Source of the DNA: Waddliaceae bacterium
Lineage (GTDB): Bacteria; Chlamydiota; Chlamydiia; Chlamydiales; SLFE01
Direction of reading: 5' to 3'
Assembly: GCA_963771045.1 (NCBI GenBank)
Contig: CAVYRW010000004.1
Location: 401,436 to 465,435, forward strand
DNA length: 64,000 nt
Below, in pieces: positions 29,134 to 38,700 of this stretch. The notes beneath the pieces are model-generated. The model was given only the letters and a program-made list of their open reading frames with translations. It did not search any database and was not told the origin of the DNA. The translations under genes and the position numbers were made by a program. Numbering within the stretch: the first letter of the stretch is position 1; each line of letters begins with the position of its first letter.

Positions 29134-30754
29134 AGTTTTGATGCTCTTGAGCGTGGGTGATGATTTCGATTTCCCGGTCATAACCTTTTTGGCAAGCATG
29201 CTTATAAAGATTGTCTTTGACACCTGTTATGGAAAGGCGGTCGCGGTTTTGCAGTATTCCTTGAAACCTCTTATGATGCATTTCCTGTTTTTTTGCCAAA
29301 ATTGTCGGGGCTAAAGTCACAACCGTTTGTATGTGCCTACTTTCGATCGAAGCATCGCGCGTGTAAATTTTCATTAATTCAAGAAGCAGAAAAATGGTTT
29401 TACCAGACCGGTCAACGGCATCTTTGCAGACGACAAAGATGGCATCCGGCTTGTAGTATCTTTGGCAAAGGAAGATAAAAAGCGAGTAAAAAATATCGAT
29501 AAAATCCTTACGTTTCTGCCTGTCTAAACGCGCTACGTTAAAAAAGACATCACGGTGAATTTGGTCGAGAAGTTCAGTCGTCTCCTTTCGAAAATTCTGG
29601 TCTTTTTTAATCGAATCGGGGCAGTGATTAGCCGGAGTGTTAAAAAACTGGTTGATGATTGCTTCCTTAAATTTTTCAGCGCTATAAAACGACTTCCATT
29701 GCCCCGATTGATGATAAAACTTCGTATCATGATCAAGAGTAAAGAAATTTTTTTCCATGCCGACGCTTTCAAATCCTCCTTTGAGCGCTTCTGTCCGGGA
29801 GATTTCCGCCGGGGTTTCTAATTTCGGTTTCATGATATCTTCTGTTGTGGCGCATTGAAGATTGAAATACAGAATGTTATTTCCCGCATCATGCGAGTGG
29901 CGAAGGTACGCTTGAAATTCAGGAGACATAATGGCTTGGCTTCTCTCGATTTCGGGATTGGAAAAACCAATAGTGGGTGTCCCTGTGCGGATAAAACGGG
30001 TTGTGTAGCCCAAAATTTTGAGGTCGAAGAGAACAAAAGGGGGATTGCCCATTAACAGTGGGTCGAAACCGTAGCCTAAAGCTCCTTTTACCTTATTTGC
30101 CGAAAGAGCAAAAATAGGGGCTTTGTATGATTGAGGGCATTGATAAATGGCGTTTTGCTGCTTTTCTAAGCTAAGCGCATCTATATTGATCGTGTCCGCC
30201 CCGATTTGAATGATACGAGTCAGAACTAAATCGGCAAATGTATAGAGCTTGGAATTGTATAATGCGGCAGCTATTTGGTGCAGCTGGGAGACATCTACTG
30301 ATTGAGTATTTAGGGCCTGCTCGTATTCATTGGAGAGAAGAGCCTCTCGTAGAGAGTTGATTATCCTATGATATTTTTCCCTGGGACCGCCTTCGAACTT
30401 ATCTATTTGTTTATGTAGGATGATAATTATTTCTTTTATTCGGATTTGAAGAGGCCTCAGTTTGTCATCTTGAAGAGTTTTGAGATTGTGGATGTCACCC
30501 GGAATATTGGTGAAGAATTCCATGAGGAGAAAAGAATATTTCATTTTCTTCCATTCGTGATCGCCGTCGGAAATGCAGTCGTACGGATATCTGATGATTC
30601 CAAGCAAACCACCGAATGAAGGTATATAATTTTCGAATTGCTGATAAAAATATTTCCAGGCTATCTTGACAACAGCGTTTGTGTCCAAAGTTCTACTAAG
30701 CTGCAACCTAAGATCAGGTGCTTTTGAATTGTTTGTACGGTCCGGCGGTTCCAT
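29120..30754 (-). CDS. Putative CX5R phosphatase effector
   Basis: IFVVCKDAVDRSG motif (29408-29428); no signal peptide. Confidence 0.6.
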   Translation of the reverse strand: MEPPDRTNNSKAPDLRLQLSRTLDTNAVVKIAWKYFYQQFENYIPSFGGLLGIIRYPYDCISDGDHEWKKMKYSFLLMEFFTNIPGDIHNLKTLQDDKLRPLQIRIKEIIIILHKQIDKFEGGPREKYHRIINSLREALLSNEYEQALNTQSVDVSQLHQIAAALYNSKLYTFADLVLTRIIQIGADTINIDALSLEKQQNAIYQCPQSYKAPIFALSANKVKGALGYGFDPLLMGNPPFVLFDLKILGYTTRFIRTGTPTIGFSNPEIERSQAIMSPEFQAYLRHSHDAGNNILYFNLQCATTEDIMKPKLETPAEISRTEALKGGFESVGMEKNFFTLDHDTKFYHQSGQWKSFYSAEKFKEAIINQFFNTPANHCPDSIKKDQNFRKETTELLDQIHRDVFFNVARLDRQKRKDFIDIFYSLFIFLCQRYYKPDAIFVVCKDAVDRSGKTIFLLLELMKIYTRDASIESRHIQTVVTLAPTILAKKQEMHHKRFQGILQNRDRLSITGVKDNLYKHACQKGYDREIEIITHAQEHQNFKMD

Positions 30755-30805
30755 AAATCCTCGGCGCTAAATGATTCAAATACAATCGGGATATTATCAG
30801 AGAAA

Positions 30806-32722
30806 TTAATTTTTAGAGAGCTTTTTGTAGATGGGCTGCCTAAGCTGCCAGCGGTGGAAAGAGTACCAGATACCAAGGGCTATGAGAAACACAATCCAGA
30901 TGATGACATTTTGCGCTGTAACCCAGGGATATGAGATCTGATCGGGAAATCCCCAGCGGGGTCCGGGAGGCCAAAAGATGAAAGTCGGGGTTCCCTTGAT
31001 ATTTTGCTGAGGAACAAATCCAAAGGACCGGCTGTCTCCGCTCATTGCATGGTTGTCGCCGAGGACAAGGTAGTGTTTTTCAGGGACATGTATGCCGATT
31101 TTTTTGATATAATCGGCATCGATTTTCCCATTTTTCAGAGGAGGCCCATGGTCGATAAAGGGGAGATAGGAATTGTTTTTCCCGGCTTTTTGCTTTTCAT
31201 TTTCGACAAATTCCTGAAGGGCAGGATCGTCTTTCTTAAAGAGGGGAGATCCCATGATGTAAAGGTCGCCGTTTCGAAAGTAAGCATAGCGGAAGGGGTG
31301 GTAGGGCTGGTCCGGCATGCGGGGACTGAAGGCCCGGTTAAAAAGAATCCCTAAGTTAAAAAACTTTTGTACATTTTCCGGCGAGCGGCTGTAGAGAGGA
31401 TTGGTTTTAGCAAGCTCTTTGCAATAGCCCTTAAAACTGATTTTGCAGGCTTTGCCGTGGTAGAACTCATACGTGCCGTCGGCTACACCTGCAAACGCGG
31501 GATTGAAACTCCCATAAGGCGCCGGGCTTTCGGAGTAGTTTCTCGCAAGTCCGCCGCGCACCTGGAATCTGGCGGTATAAAGCCCATTCATCAGGGAGTC
31601 GATTTTTTCTTTGTTTAGCGGAATTATCGACGTTTCAGTGTTGAGGACCGTCTGATAGTAGTTGTTTGATGGCGATGTATAAACCTGGTTGCCGCCGAGA
31701 GCGGCATCATGCCGAAGCTCGAGATAGAGCGGCGCTTTTTCAACATTTTGCGCCAGGTCGGGATCGATGAGCTTGAGTTGTTTGCCCGTTAATATTCGGG
31801 CCATGGCAAAGTTCTTCATTCCCAGATAATCTTCATATTTGAGGGAATTGACTTTTTTCCATCCCGAAGGGGTGAGGACTTCGCCTGTAGAATTTCCGAT
31901 CCAGTTGGTGGAAAGTCTGCCGATAGGCTTGTTAAAGTGGAGAAAGACGGTTTCTTTGGCAATGCCTGCGCTTTTTGGTTTGACATTGACATCCTTGCCC
32001 TCAAAGGTAGTGAAGGGGATATACTCGAGGTCTTTCATTCGGGGGCTATTGCGAAGCTCGGGGATATCGTTTCCATTTTTGTCGATGCCGTAAATCTGTC
32101 CTCCATAGAAATAGAGGGTATCGCCCGGTTTTCCGATCAACCTTTTGATGTATCTTTTTTTATAGGGGAAGATCCAAAAGTATTTGGTGTCGGTATTGGG
32201 GAGGTCGATATCATTGCCCGACCAGACGATCGGGTTGCCCCTGATGACGCTGTCTGGATTGAAATAAATGTGGTCGTTTATAAAGGGCATGTTAATCCCG
32301 TAGGTCGTTTTCGAGACCAGCAGGTGGTCCTGCTCTTTGAATGTCGGCCTCATGGAGCCGGAGGGGATTTGGTAAAGCTCGAACCAGGTCTGGCGGACTA
32401 TCGTCGCTAAAATTAGGGCAATGGCAAGAGCGAAGACAATTTCCTTGGCGTAATGAAGAAAGGGGCGGTGGATTTTGCCCTCTCCGAATGTTTCAAGATC
32501 TTTGGCAAGCCGGCTGGCTTCTTCTTTTTTTTCCTCTCTAACCGTCTTATCGAGCTGCTCCATTTGATTTTCGAGGCGTTCGAGCTCGGGCTTTGGCAGG
32601 GATTGCCAATGCTTTTTATACCAGCTATAGCACCATTTTAGAATATTGCGGCTTTTGCTAAGGGAATATCGTGTGCGCCCAAACATGCTGTCTAACATAA
32701 GTGAAATCTCAAAAAAACTCAA
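30806..32722 (-). CDS. lepB: Signal peptidase I (chlamydial long form)
   Basis: IPSGSMRPT, YIKRLIGKPGDTL, VLGDNHAMSGDSRSFGFVP. Confidence 0.93.
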   Translation of the reverse strand: MSFFEISLMLDSMFGRTRYSLSKSRNILKWCYSWYKKHWQSLPKPELERLENQMEQLDKTVREEKKEEASRLAKDLETFGEGKIHRPFLHYAKEIVFALAIALILATIVRQTWFELYQIPSGSMRPTFKEQDHLLVSKTTYGINMPFINDHIYFNPDSVIRGNPIVWSGNDIDLPNTDTKYFWIFPYKKRYIKRLIGKPGDTLYFYGGQIYGIDKNGNDIPELRNSPRMKDLEYIPFTTFEGKDVNVKPKSAGIAKETVFLHFNKPIGRLSTNWIGNSTGEVLTPSGWKKVNSLKYEDYLGMKNFAMARILTGKQLKLIDPDLAQNVEKAPLYLELRHDAALGGNQVYTSPSNNYYQTVLNTETSIIPLNKEKIDSLMNGLYTARFQVRGGLARNYSESPAPYGSFNPAFAGVADGTYEFYHGKACKISFKGYCKELAKTNPLYSRSPENVQKFFNLGILFNRAFSPRMPDQPYHPFRYAYFRNGDLYIMGSPLFKKDDPALQEFVENEKQKAGKNNSYLPFIDHGPPLKNGKIDADYIKKIGIHVPEKHYLVLGDNHAMSGDSRSFGFVPQQNIKGTPTFIFWPPGPRWGFPDQISYPWVTAQNVIIWIVFLIALGIWYSFHRWQLRQPIYKKLSKN

Positions 32723-32786
32723 TGCGAAAGGTGGTGACTCTCTCTTTATCGGATCTTTAATTAAAAAATATAAAATTTCATAAGAA

Positions 32787-35700
32787 ATGACTATTAACTC
32801 GAAAAATAATAAATATTTTAATCATTTAGGCGCTGCTGTTAAATGCATAGAAGTGAAGTCTAAAGGCAGATCTGCTGTTAAAAATTTGTTTTTTAAACAA
32901 ATGCTTATGCTGAAGCGTCTCTTTTATTTTTTTCGCTTTGGAGTGTGGTTTAACAATAAGAAGGGGCGCAAAATTGTCCTGCTGTATATCTGGGAGACAA
33001 AAAAGGATCAAAAAAGCAGCGAGCAAAATGAGAAAGTTAAGAAAATTTTTGAAAAACTGTCGGTTTTAAAAAATGGAACTTATACCAAAGACATTGAGTG
33101 CTCTCTGATTGATACCGTCTTTGAAGATGATGAACGAGGCTATACCGCAGCCCAAGGAATGCCGGTTCCGACAGCCAAACTTCTTTTCCATATTCATGCC
33201 GATGAATTTGGAGCCAATAATAAATCCCTGGAAGGATCGACAGCACTTCCCAATCTCGAATATCTGTATCTTTTTCTGAAAAAGAAAGAGAAGCAAACGG
33301 GTGAAGACTATGGAATGAGTCAGGAGATTTGCGACGAGCTTGCCGAGGCTGTTTGTCTGGAACAATCCAAAAATTTCACTGCGGATGCCGCAAAAGCCAT
33401 CGACAGGGCTTTTAAGAAAAGGAAAAGGGTTTTGTTTAAAGGCGGGTGGACCGGATCACCGGGCCATGCCATTTATTATGAAATCATTCCCGACACTTCT
33501 TCGACAGCGAGCGTCAGATTTTATAATCTGGGTGGGGGTGTGAATCGGCATTCAGCTAAATTCTCTGGAGGAAAAGTCAAATACTCTCCCTACATTGAAT
33601 TTTCCGGCGTCTCGAAAGAGAGGCTCCTCGACAAAAATCATTTAAAGATCATTCATGAACTTAAAACTGTCGTTTTGCATCCGAACACCGCAAACAAAAC
33701 CGAATTTAACGAAAAAGATATTTATGAAGGGTTGGTCGGCATTCTGAAGCCGGAGTCTGCCAAAGAAGATTTTACCTGTTCGGAAACGCTTTTCAAAACG
33801 ACGCAGCATAGCGGCATCTGCGCCTGGAGATCCTTGATGGCCTTTATGTCTGCCAGGCTTGAGGGCGATCAATACAAAAAATTCATCATCGATATCAAAA
33901 TGCAAAGTTTGGCGGATAAGACCGAAGCTATATCTTCCAAAACCTTAACCATAAATGAATGGAGGCTGGCTTCCAAATCTTATCAAAAACTTTGCCGCTC
34001 TGTCGCAAAAGCCTATGACCGGGGCATTATCGGCGGCCGCTATATGGCTCGTGCCCAGCTTCAACTAGCGAAGTCGGAGTCGGCGATCAATGAAAGTAAA
34101 AAGAACATTTTCCCCGCATCGCCAGGAGTCGCTGCTTTGAAAGCACCCAGATGGCCTTCAAGTAAAGTTAAAAAAAGTTATTTTCTCACTGAATCTCTTG
34201 AAAACAAAGCGCAAGGCATCACAAGCAAGGGGGAGTCATTTCCGTGTTCTTATGTTGTCGATAAGATAAATAAAGCAAAAAGCAAATACACGCCTCAAGG
34301 TCTTAAAAGAGTTTTGGAAATTGCGCAAAAAGCTTCTGAAAATGGAGAGCATCATGCGGTTCATATTGCTCTTAACCGGTATATTTCTTCATGGCCTATT
34401 GATAAGGGGAAAAATGATGGCAATGATTTAGAAACGGCAAAAGAAATGATTAACGATTTGGGAAAAATAGCCCGTCTATTTTTTAAAGAGAGCCTCCATA
34501 TCCCATCTGCCGATAATGTCCGGCCCGACAGCCTTTACTGCCTCGTGAAAATCCTATATTTGCAAAAAAAGCTCTTGGAAAATGAATTTAACGATATGCC
34601 ATTTCTTCGCAATGTCATGAAGAAATATGATATATATTTCCTCTTAAATGACGCTCGAAAAAATCATGAATATAGTAAGATTTTATACAACTTGGTCGGA
34701 TATACCGTAATGCCAAAATATACTTTCGATTCAAGCAAGGATGTCGGAAAAAGTTCTCATCTACAGTTCGAAAATGAAGAAAAGGGCTTAAGTGGTTTTG
34801 CTCGAAAGCAATTTTTGGATATTAAGACCCAACTATCAAAAAATGATCCCGACTTTAAGCATTTGCCTCAAAGCGGTCAGGACGCAAGACTTTTTACAAG
34901 CGACAAACTTCCCGCTTGGTTTCAAGGATTGAGGGACACCTTGCTCTATGTACACATTTTGCAGAATGAACCGATCGCAACGCCTTCCTCAGAAAACCTC
35001 GACCTCTCATGGGAGTTTGCATGCCGTGACGTGAAAGATTACAATGATAAAGATGTTTGCAAAGTGGATTTTGGGGTCAAGGGCTTGACCGGAGATCTCC
35101 TGAAAAAATATCCAGCTCTTAAGGAATTCAGATACAAGCCTGAGCTTCGCTACTCCTGGCTCTTGCGTCCTATAAAATCAGAAAAACTCCAAAGGTTTGT
35201 GCGTTTTCTCTGCTCAATCAACTATAACTATAATGAAAAAAAAGTTCTTGCCGATTTTAAGTTAGGGAAGGAAATGGGGTTTTCCGATGAAGCTTTTAAA
35301 GAATTAACCCACATTTTCTTAAGAGGGAAATTTAATATTTCCGAGGGTTTTGAGTATTTTTTGAAGCACCCGGAAAAACTGCGCGACCCGGATTATCAGG
35401 TTTTATTCCAACTGATATTCTTTCATAGATCCAAACTGCATAATGAATGCTTAATTAACGATTTTTCCGACTTATTTACAGATTTTTTGCGCAATCAATA
35501 TTTGAACTGTCTTGAAGAAAACGATATCCAAACATCGGTCTTCCTGCTTAGAATGCTCAGGCTTGTCTCCGAGTTTTCTGATCAAAATCAGAGCATGGAT
35601 CTTTATATTGGAAAATTGCGCGCTATCAGCAGACGGAATGGTTTGTCCATCGACGAAAAAGGGGTCATATTTGGAGAGCTGATCGTTTGTCTTGGGAAAA

Positions 35701-38700
35701 AGGATCAATTATCTGATCAGGATATCAAAGATTTGCTGACAGGATCTGTTTATTTACAGGAAAATCCCGTGTGCAGCCGGTGGAAGTGCCCGCAAACCGA
35801 AAAAGAGGTGATTGAAGCGCTCCATATCCACGCAAAACAAATTGCCGATGCTCTTGACCCGAAAGAAAGAGGGGACGGCCACAAGCTATTAAATTATGTG
35901 TCCCATTTTATGCGGGGAACAGGGGATCAACAGTGGCAAGGAAGTTTCCCCTGTTTTAAAACTCAAGACGGCCGGCATGTTTATTACCCTCTTGCTGCAA
36001 GGCTGATATCGGAGAATCATGAAACCAAGCTTCCGGAAGCTATTCGGAATCATCCCGATTTCAGGCAATTATTTACCGGAATCGAGAGGGCCGTTTCTTT
36101 AAAAAACGGCGTTTATCAATTTAGGGGCAAGCACGGTTTTAAAACTCTCATTTATTTGGACAACAAAAATCGGCTTAGTATAGAGCAGGTGCGGGGAGAT
36201 GAGCGCTATCGATTTATCCCGAGAGAGGCCTTTTCAATAGAGAAAAAAAACGCCTTAATCAGCCGCCACCTGCAGGACAACTTTCATCATTGGCAGCCCT
36301 TGGCAAGTCCAAACCGTATTGAGATCGTTGATCCGGAATCGGAGATGACTGTCTACCGAGCGCACCAAAAAAACGGCCGCCTGAAGAAAATTGAGATGGT
36401 AAAGGAAAATTTCAAGCTTTCCCTCCCTTCAAAGGTGTTTACACGATTCGAAAGCCCGATGTACATTCAGCAGTGGTACAATGGCCGCAAAAAATTTGCC
36501 CGGTGCGAACTCCCTCGTTTCAACCTTTCTTTTATTCCCGATGCTAAAGACAGCTCGAAACTTCTCTGTGACCGGTTCATTGATGAGGGCTATTACCTAA
36601 GCTCAAAATCGCACATCCCCTATCTTGGGTCTTTTCAACATTATCTCATCCTTGAAAATCCCGAAGGAAAACTCAAAGTATTGATCCCCAAACGAGATCT
36701 TCGTAAAAATGAGAAGCAGAAAGAATCCCTTCAGCCTTTGTTTGAATTTGATATGAAGTGTGCGGCAGAGGACAACGCCAAACAGCAATACGAAGTTTAC
36801 GATGTTGACAAGTCGGCAGCCTTGACTTCTTCTTCTCAGGAAAGCCGGCTGTATCTAGCGCTGATTTTGGCTGCTGTCCAGGAATACGAAAGTGCGGCAA
36901 AGATTTTGGAAACAAGCGGGAGAAAATTAAGTTCTTATACTCCATCGCAAGAGAGCCTACTCTCCCAACTGATGAATATGAAGCAATACACCGGAGACGC
37001 AAGCGGCAACGGCATTGTACTTCGCTTGTATGCAAGCTATCTTCTTGTGAAAAACAAGGTCAATTCCAATCTTGATGTTCCTTCTTCTTCAGATCCGATT
37101 ATTCGAGAAGCCTTGTTAAAAGCATGGGAACATGATCATAATATAACGGCTTTAAGATTAAAGAGGCATGAAGAGCTGTTTGTATTGAAATATCTTTTAG
37201 GCAAAGAATTTAATGCCTCTCTTTTTGTAAGGTTGAAGCAGTTGGATCCCGATTACGCGAAACGATACCGCCATCCCGATGTGCCGTTTCAAGAAGAGCT
37301 TTCGCAAATCTTTGTCGATCTGAGGCAAAGGTTGAAAAACGATTCTCCCCCTTGCTTATATACAAGATATGATCAATCAAACTGGAAAAACCTTACTACT
37401 AAAAACGTTCTGCTCACCAGAATCAATGAAGATTTAAAAGATCGGTTTTTCGCTTTCTACGATTTGGCAATCCATGGTCCTGAAGACGAGAAGAAGTGGC
37501 TGAAAATCGCCCTTGAATTCGGGAAACACCAAGAGAAGGGGGAAGAATGGAGGGAATTGTTTGCCCGTATTTTGGATAATCCAGAAAAATTTCCTCCCCT
37601 TCCAGATAGTTCGCAAAACTCTAGAGAGTGGTTTCGCGGCGTTGTCGAAACGGCTGAGCCTAGATTGATTTTAAAAAATCAAACCGAGAAGAAGTCTTGG
37701 CTGCCGTCGGAAGTTGCTGAAGAGAAGGCGGAGCTGCCTGTTGAATTCAAAGTCAGCTATCATTTTGAGGCCGCGCAGACATTCCGGCAAACGCTCGATA
37801 GCAAAAAGTGCTTCCTCGTGAAAGAGGCGGCCCAAGAAATTAACAGGGGGCTAAACAACTGGTTTGAGATGAAATTGAAAAATCCAGCAATCGACGAGCA
37901 GTTGTTTATTCAGGAAATTAAGCGTTTAAAAAATGATCAATATGCTTATGTAAAAAATGCGGCAACTCAGGTTTACTCTTTGAACCCTGGCGCCGAAACG
38001 ACGATCGCTAAGATTTTGAATGAGGGGGCCCAGGAGAAGGAAAATCAACTGAAAAAGCTTGAGATCGAAATCCTAAGTCTTGCCAACCGGCCTCCGAAAA
38101 GTGCGCAGGAGAAAGCGTATCATTTTCTGCTTCTCGGAGGACGAAACCGGAAAGTCATTACCTTGGAGGAACTTCTGGTTGCTTTCGGCAAACATTCGCC
38201 GGCTTCACTCAAGAAACAAAATCCCGCGTTAACCGAAAGCGAGATTGAAACAATTCTGAATAAAGTCGGGGACTATTTAATTTTGGCCACTCGTGAACAG
38301 CAGCGTCTCAGGGCAAAGAAGATTTTCGAAAAATTCAAGAATTGCCCAAAAGAAGACAAGGAAGACAAGAATGATTACCGCCAGCTGCTGGCCATGGAGC
38401 TTATGGTTGAAAGAAAGTATGTACCGAACGCTCATCCTGCCTATTTGGTCTTCGAATATTATGCCGATATTCTGCTTCGCCCCATGCAAGTGGATAAACT
38501 GAGCTCCTTTCTTCAAGAGAAAGATCAAAATCCCGTGATGGAAATGATCATGGGTTCGGGAAAGTCCAAGGTTCTTCTCCCCCTTCTCGGGCTTTTGAGA
38601 GCGGATGGAGAAACAATTTCCACGCTCGTTGTTCCTAAGCCGCTGTTTGAAAGCGTCTCTGCCGATACCCAAAAATACCTTCAGGAGGCTTTCTCACAAC

